A DNA stretch of 64,000 nucleotides, from assembly GCF_001194135.2 (NCBI RefSeq), contig NC_068998.1, positions 34,993,850 through 35,057,849 on the forward strand. Reading direction: 5' to 3'. The notes under the pieces were generated by a model. The model was not told where the DNA came from, did not search any database, and saw only the letters and a list, made by a program, of their open reading frames with translations. Both the position numbers and the translations under genes were made by a program. The DNA is from Octopus bimaculoides (lineage: Eukaryota). Positions 1 to 12,473 of this stretch are shown here, piece by piece (positions within the stretch are counted from its first letter, which is position 1; every line of letters begins with the position of its first letter).

Positions 1-308
1 TCACTACAGTATCGAAATGTGATTGTTTCAGTTAGTGGAATAGTTTCATTTTAAAGTGAAAGTATTTGACATGAGTGTTTTTGTTTCACTTTTGACAAGT
101 AATACTTTAATAGTGGAGGAGATATTATGTTGCCGTGTGCTCGAACTCTGCAAGAAGTTAATAATTTTTTTTGACTAAAACACAACTGGAACCCTAAGTA
201 AGGCATGTGTAAAATTTGAATGAAATTGGTTGCGTAGTTCTCGAGTTTTAGGGATTCACGCAGACAGACAGACAGACAGACACACATTCTCATTTTTATA
301 TATATAGA
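1..308 (-). mobile_element. Helitron-type non-autonomous element, 5' end (runs off the left edge of the window)
   Basis: The minus strand reads A|TCTATATATATAAAAATGAG...(GTCT)n...CAATTTCATTCAAATTTTACAC. A 5' TC after A, followed by a (GTCT)n tract, is the usual start of non-autonomous Helitrons. Confidence 0.6.
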
Positions 309-1124
309 TATATATATATATATATATGCAAAATGGATTCCTGTCAACAATCATACAGTTACCTTTAATTTCTACTTCATGTTTGATTATCTTCTGGGAC
401 ATCTACAAAATGAGTCAGCACCTATGCATTACACATATGGTAGGCCAAATTTTCTAGAGTTCTGGTTGTGACCTTTTGAAGAAACTACTCTTTCAAATAA
501 TACTCTTAATCCTGTAATTTCTTGAGTATTCGTAGTAACCTGTACCTCCAAACTTTACTATCTCTTGCATGTTGCCCTTCAAAGAGATATACATGACAGT
601 TTTTGCACTGGAAATAATTTTTGAAGCCATGGCTATTGTTTCACTGTATCCCTTTGATTCCTGAAACATACACCAATCGAAACTGGTGATATTTGGTTGA
701 ATTCTTTCTCCCTTGAGAACCTATCGAAAAGGCTTGTACTGTGATAAGATAAATTGTAGAAGCAAAATTGTTAAATTGGAAGATGGCTTGTTATGTATCA
801 TTTTCTTTTTCATAAATGTAGTTTATCCTGTGCCCGAGGGTTTCCCATCAGTAATTTGGTAGCTGTCACTTTTTATCAATATTTTCCTTATCCTTTATCT
901 TTCAGTTTGTCTAAGACTAACCACTAGTTCTGTTCTGTCATTATGTCTTTATTTCATGAATTTCCTATTCTATAATATAAAAGTATTTTGATTTGCTGTA
1001 AGTTATACTTATGAGCTTCATAGTAATGAAGCATTAATTAGCCCCAATGTTTCACTATTACCAATAACCATACCTCCATAAAAATCTATACTTACTTTTC
1101 TTTATTTTTTCTTTGTATTTTCAG

Positions 1125-1298
1125 GTTCTCTAACTTGGAAACTGAAGACTTGGTGGAACAGCCCCCCTCTCTTAAAATTATGTCACCCTCTGGGATAGAT
1201 AAAAAGCATGTATTCCGTGACATAATACTCTGTATAATCTTCTTAATATTCGGCATTTTAATTGGATGGTTTTCAAGGAGTACACACCATGAGAAAAA
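1125..1298 (+). CDS. Coding exon of a type II membrane protein, probably M28B family (NAALADL2/FOLH1/transferrin receptor-like) N-terminus with signal-anchor
   Basis: Strong acceptor (ttttctttgtattttcag) and donor (AA|gtgagt). 174 nt, open in phase 2-2: xFSNLETEDLVEQPPSLKIMSPSGIDKKHVFRDIILCIIFLIFGILIGWFSRSTHHEK. The hydrophobic stretch ending GILIGWFS resembles the recalled NAALADL2 (FIFGILIGYY) and FOLH1 (GFLFGWFIK) anchors. The family call is inference; no catalytic domain is in the window. Confidence 0.7.
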
Positions 1299-1518
1299 GT
1301 GAGTCCATTTATGTCATCCTTTCCCCTCCTTTCCTTTTCTTTCTTTCTTTCTTTCTTTCTTTCTGTCTGTCTGTCTGTCTGCCCATCTGTCTCTGTCTCT
1401 ATCTGTCTATATCTGTCTGATTGACTGTTGTATGTCTCTGTATGTCTGTCTGTCTCTAAAAGTTATTCTCTGTTCTTTGTATATTTCAGTCCTTCAAATC
1501 TAAAGAGATATGTATATG

Positions 1519-1550
<32 letters not shown>

Positions 1551-1754
1551 ATTGTAATGGTAAAAGGGCTGGAGGGCAGTGAGGATAATGAAACTGGTAT
1601 CTGTGATAATGAAAGGTTGGTGATAATAGTGGTAACAGTGGCAGTACTGATAATATTGGGGTCAAATTTTGAGAAATATGAACAAAATCAATAACAATAA
1701 AAGAGAAGAATATGTAACAAAGCAGCATCACAGATAAATTTCCATTTCCATTGA

Positions 1755-2080
1755 GCTAGACTCAACCAGGGTCCATATGGCCCCCGAGGGTTTCATTTGA
1801 GATTTTTGAGGGTCTACATAACAAAATAGTAAATTGGGGATCCACAATAATATTTTAAAGGACCCCTGAAAAGTTTTGCTTTAGATGTGTGTATTGGTAG
1901 TTATTGCTGGGTTTCTTTCTCTAACATTTTACATGGTTCAACCTACACAAGTGAATACATGAAAAACAAAATAGGAATTTTGAAAGAAATGTCTATAAAA
2001 CTACTTTTTAAACATCTAATGGCTTTAGGGGTTCATGTGAAGAAAACTAGTAATCAAAGAGTTATGAACCACTACTGTAC
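1755..2080. mobile_element. Degenerate hAT/Charlie-like MITE
   Basis: The ends ctcaaccagggtcc and gagttatgaaccact resemble the cagtggttctcaacc...ggttgagaaccactg TIR pattern. Degraded, and no TSD was confirmed. Confidence 0.3.
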
Positions 2081-2324
2081 ATGATTGTTCCATCTATTAG
2101 AAATAGCAGCCATATCACCTTAAATTGTTTTTAAAAATATGAAATACATACTTAGTAATATAGGTCTAGATATACTTTCTACAATAATATAGTTGAGATG
2201 GTCATGGCTACATTGCTTTTGATCACTCAGGATTGATCTTTCTGATCAGTCAAGGCTAATCTGAAGTTAAACACTTACAACTCACTGATATTTCCCAACT
2301 GTGTAAAAGCAGCCTGTTAAATTA

Positions 2325-2781
2325 TAGATGAGGACAACTGCATAAAGAAGTGCCGAGCTCTAACTGTGGAGGGAACTTGTGTAAGGGGTAGACCCAGAAA
2401 GACGTGAGATGAAGTGGTGAGAAAGGATCTTAAGATGCTGGGCTTCTGTGAGGAAATGAAGGATTGGGAGTCGTGACGATATGTTGTACTTGAGAAGATG
2501 TATCAAGCTAAGTAAAATTGCGGTCATCCATACAGGCTTGTCTTTTACCGATGCCAATGCCATGTAAAATGCACTCATGCTGGTGCAGTGTAAACACACT
2601 CATGCTGGTGAGACATAAAACGCACCCCAGCACACTCTGTAAAGTAGTTGGCATTAGGAAGTGCATCCAGCCATAGAAACCATGCCACAACAGACAACTG
2701 GAATCCAGACAATTCCTCGGCTGGCCAGCTTCCAACCCATACCAGCTTGGAAAATAGATGTTAAATGATGATGATGATGAC
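2325..2781 (+). mobile_element. 5'-truncated RTE LINE 3' end
   Basis: Translates to DEDNCIKKCRALTVEGTCVRGRPRKT, matching the ORF2 C-terminus of the copy at 35.9 kb. It is followed by the family 3' UTR (ttggcattaggaag..catccagc) and a (GAT)n tail. Confidence 0.85.
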
Positions 2782-3455
2782 AACGATAGAAACCTATTAA
2801 TAGAAACCTATTATAATTAGGCGTTGCTTAAAATTAGGAATATAGTTCAAGAATACTCCTCTGTGAAATTCAAACTAATTAATGCAATGTTCTGTCATTA
2901 ATTTTAGTTTTAGCTCAGATCATTTTCTCAGAATTTCTGTTGGTAATAAGAAGCCACTTCAACTTTAAGTATTTAAGGTAAAAAGAAAATTTAACTCTTA
3001 TTACTTATAGGTGGTGCCTTTGTTTACTTTAAGTAATTTTAGTAGAAACCATTGTTTCCCCTCTTGTGTCTGTATTTTTATCCAAACAATTCAGCTTCTA
3101 TTTCTTGGGAAGTTAATATTTTGAGAGGTGTTTCCTTAATAGTGTAACTCTTAAAATGTCTCATATATGTTCTGATTTTGATGTAAACACAAACATGATA
3201 AGATGTTCTGGCATTAAGCCCATTACACCACGAGGACCATGGACTAATGGCTGACTCTTTACACATCTAAGATGCTAGAAATAATGGACAAATTGTCTTC
3301 AAATCATGTTTTACCATCTCTGAAATGAAGGACACATGTTACTTAAAAAAACTTTGAACATTTTGATTGCAAGCATGGTTAGTCAGGTGTAACCTGGAGC
3401 CAGACAATTGCATCTGTAGCAATTATGCCAAATGTGTACACCATCCTAGTTACTA

Positions 3456-3499
<44 letters not shown>

Positions 3500-3503
<4 letters not shown>

Positions 3504-3720
3504 TGTTGTACTTGAGGATGGTCATATTGCCAGTTTAGCCAATAAAAACACACGCACTGTATATTTGGTGTTAATTTGCTTCAGCTTTATATTACATTAC
3601 ATTACATTAATCCTATTTCGGCCAGAGTTCTTTCGGCACACTTCTGTGACCTCATCAGTGGTCCTTTGCTTTCTTCTTTCTTATGTGTGTTCCACCTTGC
3701 TAACTGTCATCCATACACAC
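3500..3720 (-). mobile_element. Penelope-like pLTR/3' segment with a degenerate hammerhead core
   Basis: Lies downstream of the GIY-YIG ORF on the same strand. The minus strand reads CTGATGA-GGTCACA-GAAG-TGTGCC-GAAA. Confidence 0.45.
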
Positions 3721-3789
3721 ACACACGCACACATACATACATAATACACACACACACACACGCATGCAAGCAGACACTCATACATGTTA

Positions 3790-3960
3790 GCTTGCTTCCT
3801 AGCCACATGCTTCTGGTTTCACTCCCACTGTGTGTAATCTTGGGCAAGTGTTTTCTACTATAGCCTTGGGTCAATCAAAGCTTGGTGAGTGGATTTTGTA
3901 GATGGAAACTGAAAAGAAGCCTGTCATGTTTATATTTATGTGTGTGTCTTTGAATATCAC
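3790..3960 (+). mobile_element. Partial tRNA-derived SINE head
   Basis: ccacatgcttctggtttcactcccactgtgtg...ttgggcaagtgttttctactatagccttggg matches the SINE copies at 29717 and 31145. Confidence 0.6.
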
Positions 3961-4083
3961 ATGTAGTTCAGATATTTATCAATATATTTAGTCATTATTT
4001 TAACAATACCATAAAATAAAAATTTTGGGGTTAATTTAGAACGTATCCAATCTACTATTTAATAATAATAATTAAAAAATCCT

Positions 4084-4557
4084 TCAGTGATATTTGGAAA
4101 TTAGATATTTAGGTGCATGTAAGCAGGCCAAAACTTTCTCAATCTTCTCATTAAAGAATTGGTTTTTAAAGAATAGAATATTATAGCTTTCTGTTGTATG
4201 AAAGGAACAAATTCTGTCCTGTGGATGATAAAATTTTGCAGAGGTTAATATTTTCCATCTAATTTTATAACTAATATTGCTTTCTTTTAATTTCCATATG
4301 AATTTGCTAAGGTTTGTGTTATAGTGTTTGAGGCGATTTCTAAAAGAATTTTCGTGATTAGAAATTCTAGTTTTCACAAAACATCCAGTTGATCCAATAT
4401 AGAAGTAATTTTTTCCTTCTGCTTCCATGATAACTTGGTATATCAGATTCTTACATTTGCAATAATTATTAAATTTGCATTCTTCTTTAACCTTACAATC
4501 ACAAAATTTATTAAGATTATGTCTTGAATTAACTGATATATGTGGTTTATTGGTGGT
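4084..4557 (-). mobile_element. Penelope-like element GIY-YIG endonuclease fragment
   Basis: Uninterrupted frame: CDCKVKEECKFNNYCKCKNLIYQVIMEAEGKNYFYIGSTGCFVKTRISNHENSFRN...LSKFIWKLKE...IRWKIL. It shows the Cys linker, the xIY...YIG motif, and the conserved R and H of PLE endonucleases. Confidence 0.85.
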
Positions 4558-4592
<35 letters not shown>

Positions 4593-6879
4593 TCTTTGTG
4601 GGGGTGTGTGTCTGAGCATGCTTTTCCTCACTGCTTGATAACCAATAATGTTTTTTTTATTCCACCATAACTGAGTGGTTGGGCAAAAAGAAGCTGATAG
4701 AATAACTACCAAGCTTTTGGATTTGATTTGTTCAACTAGACCCTTCATTTATTTATGGGGTGGGGTGGGTGATGAGATCAGTAATGTCGATTATATCAAC
4801 TTCAGTATCTCACTAATATTTTATTTTAATGCACTCAGAAACACTAAAATCAGAATTGACCTCAACTGGACTTGAGCTTAAAACATGAAAGACTGTTAAC
4901 CAAATACAGTGAAGCATTTTGTTTGACACTGTACCCAGTTCTGCTAATCCAAATAATAATAACAATAGCAATAATAATAATAGTAAGTTGAGATAAAAGA
5001 TACTATCTTACTATCTTAGTACAAAAAGAATGCATGTGTTATTCCATTGGCCGCTTGCTATGCTACTTTGTGTAAGCAAAGCATAACCTTTTGGCTTTTA
5101 CATATATTCATAGCTTAAAGGAATTCAGTCAATCTCAGTGATGTAAGAATATCCATGTTTATTGTGTGAATGTATAAAGTGACCTTTGACAGCAACTGAC
5201 AACCAAATTATCATGTGGGGACAGGTGCAGTTGCAGGCTTACATATACACATAACTACAAATAGGTATACAAATTAAGTAAATCTGTGTAATGTAAATTT
5301 ATGAAAGTAAGTATCAAAGACTTCAGAATACTTTTGAACTAAGCATACATCTCATGCTGTATAAAAGCATATGCGTGTGTGCGTGCGTGCATGCGTGCAC
5401 ATACATATGAATACATATACTCACACACACACACACATATATACATATTTGTGTATGTGTGTATATGTGAGTATATATGTATATATTTATAAACTGCATA
5501 CACATACATATACATTCATATATCTACATAAATACATACATACATACCTAAATATATACATATATGTACATATCTACAAATCTGTGTGTGTGTGTGCATG
5601 TGTTTAAGCATGTATGCCTGTTGAGAAATAAATATGGGAAAAATGAAAAACAGTTGTGGGACCTTATAACTCTGTTGGCAAGAAAATGATTTTAGCTTTG
5701 TGTGAAAGTGTGTCTGTATGAAGCATGCTTAAGAAATGAGATATTACATGTTAATGTTACATAGGAGCATTGAATGCAGAAGATGTATGAGAACCGGAGA
5801 GAGAGAGAGACAGAGACAGAGAGAGTAAAATATGAGGCTATTTTGATTTGGGATTTGTGAAATGTTTAGTTGCTTCAATGGCAGGGCACAAGGAAGTTAT
5901 AAGAGTAGCTGAGTTTTAAAAGAACCACCTGATGTATAAAGAAGGGAGGGACACAGGCTATTTTATCTTCATGTGATATAAATAAAGCATGAGTAATGTG
6001 TACAAATTATGTGTAATTGTTGTTGTTGATAGAAGGTAAGCATAATAGGAAAATTCCATGGAAAAATAGAAAGCACTTGTGAGCTCATCTTAGGATTGTC
6101 ACTCTGGCAGAGGAAATGGTCATGTGTGTGTATATGTACACCCTCTCACACACACACAACACACTCACATACAGAACAACGCCCCCCCACCAAAACCACC
6201 CCACCCCTCACACATATGTATGTGTGTATGTATATGTATATATANNNNNNNNNNNNNNNNNNNNNNNNNNNNNNNNNNNNNNNNNNNNNNNNNNNNNNNN
6301 NNNNNNNNNNNNNNNNNNNNNNNNNNNNNNNNNNNNNNNNNNNNNNNNNNNNNNNNNNNNNNNNNNNNNNNNNTATATATATATATATGTGTGTGAGAAA
6401 GTTGGTATGTGAAAGCACGTTACAATTGTAACGCTCCACGTTAGAATGAAGTAGAGAAATTTGAAAAGACAACACGAAACCGGTTATTTCTCAAAATACA
6501 ATGTTTATATACCAAAAAAATTTTATAACATTTTTCTGACATAATTTAAATATATACCTTAACCATGTAACACAAGCTTTCTGTAGTTTTTTCACTCTTA
6601 TTATCTTTATATATATATATACACACACACACACACGTGGTCTGATCAATAAGTATCCAGACTGTTGCCATAGTGACAAAGCTAAAGCATGCAAAGTGAA
6701 GCCGGTTGGCACAGATTGGGATATATAATTGTGTTCCAATTTCTTTCACTTTTCAATTAATAGATGAGTGACTATCTTTCCATACAGACACAACACAGAC
6801 TACATTTTCATGTTTTCTGGATAAACTTTTCCAAAATAACCCAATAGGTTTACCATTACTTCTGTGAAATATTCACGGG

Positions 6880-9000
6880 TCCCACTAATTACATAATATT
6901 TGTAATGTTCATAATTATCAGATGGAATATGTAAAAAATAATGGATATGCATCCACTAGATGGATACATAGCTATCTGTCAATTTCCCCACCTGACAATG
7001 GAAGCCAGTACTATGGTAATGTTTCTATATACCTATCTACTGGTAGGCTTAATGCCAGGTATGTTTTCTGCCAGAAAGTAGCAAAGTAGCTACAGTACAT
7101 GTGGTACTTATTATTGAAATGTTTCCACTTCTATAGACATATAATAGAAGGACACTATACAAAAGTACTTTCAAGTATCCTCTTGATCCATAAGAAAGTA
7201 AAACTGAATTCCTCTTTATTGTTAAAACCTTGTTTTGTACCACAAAATGCTTGTTTTATTTCTTGGAAAGCTGCCTGTTGGCTTCTGCTAATTTGTCTGT
7301 TGGTTTCTGCTAAAAATCTTTATTGCTTATTCTCTTTAAAACTTTGAACATCTTGAAAAATTTAATATATTTTCTGTAAGAATGTTCATAGCCATGTTAA
7401 GCATTAACACGAGGATAACTTGTTCAAAATTAATCTGTCTTCTAGTGAAATAAGTTCCAAGTTTATGCAAAATATGTCATATGGAATCATTGGTTTTAGT
7501 TATCCCTAGATTTCCTTCTTTATCCAAACGTTTTCTTTTTTTTTTTCCTGATATTCTCTAAATACAAGTAATTTTGGGGGTTTTTCAAAATTGTTACAGT
7601 AAAGTGAAAGTGAACAAAAAAGAAAAAAACTTCAAAAGGATACGGTGATGCATAAACATCAGCACTCCTCTTACCATCCTCTGCTAAATCCTTTTTAATT
7701 GCAACTTTTTTGTGAATAGTATAAACATCACCTAAAACCATTTGCCCATCTTCAAAAGATGTTATCCTTTGAATATAATTCAATAAAACTCTCAGATGAA
7801 AATGCTCCTGATCTTTTCACAAAGAAAGTACTTATGTTCAGTGGAAAGGGTGTTAATTTTTCTCTCAATTCACCATTTATTCCATGTTGTATATTCTGCA
7901 AAATCTGGACAATTTATTCTTTGGAGGAGCAGGTGATTCACAGTTAACTGTTATCCACCATATTAGAACTGAATTAGTATTTATGTTAGACAACCAGTAC
8001 AGTTTGTTTGTCATCATTACAACTGTTTGTTTTGATGGTGACAATGATGTAGAGAACAATGTAATTTAAACTATAACTTCTTCAACAATGCTTTGAATAC
8101 TGAAACATAGCAGTCGTTGCACTTATTTCTGCATTACGATGTTGCACTGATTCTTTATCCAAATCTACATTTGATTTCTTTTTAACAGTCAGCTATAATC
8201 CTAATGCTTTTGATGTGGATAGTTGTTATCATTTTGAGACATTGTTTTTGCCATTAATCATTAGCCATACATGGAGCATTGGCATTATCTCTTCCTCATG
8301 TAATTTGTAATGAACATTTTGTAAAGTTTTAAATAGTCTTGGCTGTGTTTTTGGGTATGTAGTTTTGCAAGTACTAAATTGTCATTATTTTTGAATATAA
8401 AATATAATCCTTTTTGTTTTATAATATGACAATTACAAGATAAATGTAATATGCACTCTGCAACTTTTACAAAAATTTCCTTTTCTAATTTGAGTTGTGT
8501 TGAAAAAGCATCTGACTTTATTTTTTCCCTGTTAAAACTAATTCCACATAGGCAAAATACTTTGGGTGAATGATGACGCCACCCTTCCTGCACATGAAAA
8601 TTTTCACTCTTGCAGGCCTCATCAATTTCCAACTGTTAGGCCTAGAGTACAGATGTGCAAGTGTGCACTTGTCGAATTTATACTTTCACCAAACGCACCA
8701 AGCAGAGATATTACTTCAATTTTTGCCAAAAGCTTGGCGTTACCCAGGTTCAAACCATCTAGGATATTCAGCAATTGTCTTATTTTCTGAAACTGTTTCT
8801 CTATTCATTCTGTTTTCTTTTTAAAACATCTGCCGCAGTCTTTTCTTCCTTTATCTAAGTGTCTTTGTATTAGGGGCCATTCTTCTCTCAGATTCTTGTC
8901 TCTTTGACATTTGATCTGGAGTTTCACATAACTTTGCATAAGCCATTTTATTTCTAATATTTTCTTGGTTTTGCAATCTTTTCACCTTGAAGCATTATTT
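6880..9000 (-). mobile_element. Heavily decayed Helitron RepHel N-terminal/Rep region
   Basis: Motifs appear in collinear order across frameshifts: ETPDQMSKRQE (N-terminal repeat), MCRKGGVIIHP (CCxxGKVxLP), PAPPKNKLSRFCRIY (LLP..P.F.QIY), LLSYGSRGYL..VYRSGNISIISTTCT (LPSSFxGSPRYM..DLFITFTCN), ENIPGIKPTSR, and MHIH (HUH-like, ~6941-6952). Confidence 0.5.
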
Positions 9001-12000
9001 GTTTGTTATTATTGCATATCTTTGAGCAGTGGGTTGGCTGAATTGTTAGGATATTGAGCAAAATGACTTGCAAATATTTATTAGTTCAATTTCAGTTCAT
9101 TTATATCTTTTACCTGCAATATCAATAGATTATAGTGGGATAAACTCCACCTGCTGACTTGCTGTTAGCACTCATCTTATTTTCAAAATATAATTTTTAG
9201 ATTTATTCATATTTTAGTCTTATATTGAGTATGTACAACGCTACTTCTTTTCTATCTCATTTGATTTGAATAGGATAAAGTGTTCCATTGTTTTCTGCTA
9301 GTTGCTTGTAATCAAGTCACAAAACTTTGTCATCATTGATGACTTTTATCTTTACATAGTACTACTCTGTTAGGAAGTTTTATTCTCCTTTAGGTGCAGC
9401 AATGGAACAATTTGAACTCAACACTGGGAATCTACAAAATGTTCAGCAGTTCTGTAGTATTCATTCATTCTTTTATCAGTTTATAGCCTGGTGAACTGCA
9501 CCACCAGTATGCATAGCCATATCTATGAGATACATTTCTGCTACAATAGATCCAATCACCTAAACTTTTAATCTAATTTCTCCCGTTTGAAATATTATAA
9601 CCTATCCAGCAGTTAGTATATACATGTGTATGTGACTTTGTGTGTGTGAGTTTGTGTGTGTGTGAGTGTGTGTGTTTTTATATATATTTATATATATTTA
9701 AGTTCTAGGTAAAATCCGTTAGAATACCTAATGAGTTGTATGCAGATTTATTCTGCTAAATAACCGATCCCCTAACCTGGCAATAGCAATAATGACAGCA
9801 GTAATAATAATGATATTACTTCCTATGACAGAAAAGATCACAGGCATGCACTGTGGTGGTCTTGGTCAATTTTATGAACAATAGTGATGAGTCACAGTAT
9901 TTTAAGAGTTGTTGAACACCAGACTAGCCTAATATATGACCGGGTTTCAATTTCCAGTGGCAACTATTTCACTTTACTTTTATCTCAGTCAAGTATTTGA
10001 GATAGTCAAGAATGTTACGGCATTTTTCACAGCTCTAGAGTCATTGATGATTACAAGTGTTATTTCATATTTGCTTCTATCTAGAAATCAAAGAAAGTTA
10101 CTAGTATTCCTTTCAAACTTTGCTTTTGTGACCTGTTTTGCAATCTGTTTCAAAACTGACCTGACTACCATTATATTTCAGTCATATTCAGTGCTGAGTT
10201 GCTGAAGCAGAAATATCGTTATTGGAAATATTTTGTTCAGCACCACAGATTTGCTTGTTATTTGCTTGACCTTAACCACTTGAACATTTCGTTTAGTGGC
10301 TAATGATATGAGCATCATGAGCAGGAATAGTGGGGGAGTATCATAGCCATGTGTTGAGGGGGATTCAAACTTTGAAGGATATATTAGTCATTTTTCAAAC
10401 TTTCTAGGAGTAAGCAAATAGGAAATAGTTTCTTCTCAAGGGCAAAAATTGGGTTACACAGTGTCATTTCTCATTATGAACAGAGATGCAGCAGAAAATA
10501 CAGATATTTAATTACTTGTTCAAATTGCTACTCTTGTCATTACAAAATAAATAAATTATCAAATATGTTTTACATTTTTTAAAAACATTTTGTTAGTTTC
10601 TTTCATTAAAAGTTTATGATTGATCATTTATTGCAGTAGCTGATAGTATATTGAGAGCATCTGATAAAAAAAAAGAAGAAATTTATAAAATTTAAGATCA
10701 TTTATATACTAGATAAACACCTCTTCTGTACCAAATCAAACAGATCCTGAGTCTAATTTGTCTGTAGTGAATCTTATTTTTGTTTTTATATAATAACAAG
10801 TGTACCAGCTACCCTTAGAACTAATTGTATTCTCTTTCCTTTTCTTTAATTTTGTTAACCATAAGTATTTCAGTAGCTTCTTCAATTTCTTTGTGAACAA
10901 TAGTGTAGCTACAAGAGATAGAGATATCTATGCGGATAAAGAAATTTTCCTTATTATTCTTGAAAATAATGCCTGGAGGAATATCTTGATTTCTTTTTTA
11001 GTTCATATAGAAGCCTGTCTGAGTGTGGTTACTTCACCTATTGATAGAACATTTTTGTATATGGACCGTTATGGTATTGAGCCAGAGGTTGCTGCTCTCT
11101 TATGAGAATGAAAGATGGGTTGTAAATTAATTTTATCTTGTGTAGACTTGATTGTTAGAGTACGAAGGAAGTTATGCTGCTTATCATAGTGTATATGTAT
11201 TGATTGCTTATATAAAATGATATATGTATTGATTAATTATATGAAAGAAAATGTTTTTCAATTTTCTCTCGGAAACTTCCAACTGAGAAGAATATAGTTT
11301 AAATAATGAAAGGATCATGATTTCTGTTGAGTTAGGTCTCATTCTGTTTTAAGTTAAATCAGTGCCATATAGCTCCTCCCTATCACTCAATATCTAGATA
11401 GACAGAGAATAGATTAGGTGCTTAGAAAAGACAAAATTTTTCAAAGAGATTGTATCAGGAATCATTTAAAAAAAATCTTAACATTAAAGCCATTAAAGTC
11501 TATGAAACACAAACAAGAAGCTAAAGTTGATGTTAAGTTACTAATTCTCAAATCATTCTTGAGTATTTGTTCTGCATTAATATTTTTGATATATCATAAT
11601 TAATAATTTTGATCATTTCTCTTCAAGTGTGTTATCAGTAACAAATTATTTCCTTCGAAGATTTCTTACAAAGCTAACACTAAAAACACTCGAGATATTT
11701 GACAACATTTTCAAAATGTCCAGAAGCAGTATAAAACTTAAAACTGAAGACTTCATCAGAAGGTGGTGAACCATTGACCTGAAGGCAATAGACTAGTCAA
11801 AATCACAAGACTTAATAAATTCAATACCATTGCTGAAATTAGCAGAACTGCTGGATTTAAACTAAGTAATTTGCAAAGTCCATGTTGTGCATGACATTTT
11901 AAATCCTTTTGGGCTGATTCATCATGACATGGGCATAATGAGTAAGTGCCAGTCAGATACCACAAGAAAAACAATAACAACTAAAATAATATTTTTCTGA

Positions 12001-12387
12001 TTTCTTTAGATTCAAGATCTTACATTCTTGTCAGTGAAATAATTATAACAGGAGTGGCCCAAGGAAATTCCACATTTTATGAATATCTTATTTCTAATTT
12101 GTTACATAAATTTATAGATCTACAGAACATAGTTTTCTTTATAAAGATTTTGATTGTCTTCATTTTATTCCATTGCTAAAGTTGTTGAAAATGAAATATA
12201 TCAACTTGTTAAAGATCTTAATTATTTCTTCAAATTTGAAATGTAATTGTAGTTGTTGAAATCATAATGTGCAGACTCCTTTCATTATGTTAAAGATTTT
12301 TGATTATGTCACTGACTTGAATTCACATTTAAGACTGTTAAGAATATAGCACTTGAACACACATTGTAATAAGCAGAATCGTATTCA

Positions 12388-12418
12388 TCATGATCATCAT
12401 GATCATCATGATCATCAC

Positions 12419-12472
<54 letters not shown>
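12388..12472. repeat. (CAT)n microsatellite
   Basis: Direct reading; the run of catcat is preceded by catgat variants. Confidence 0.95.

Positions 12473-12473
<1 letters not shown>

Noticed and set aside
330-900. Minus-strand LINE RT fragment
   Set aside because: Only vague motif echoes across many stops; I cannot support it without a frameshift-aware search.
5323-5607. ORFs rich in YI, HT, CV or LS repeats (here and many elsewhere)
   Set aside because: These are translations of (TA)n, (CA)n, (TG)n and (TC)n microsatellites.
6900-9000. Ty3/Gypsy pol or P-element remnant
   Set aside because: Initial resemblances were scattered. The collinear Helitron motif series explains the region better.
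11620-12350. Decayed C2H2 zinc-finger array (FKCVISNKLF..; FDYVTDLNSHL)
   Set aside because: It needs most Cys/His ligands mutated plus frameshifts, and the recurring TAAAGAT motifs are spaced about 68-81 nt rather than a regular 84 nt.
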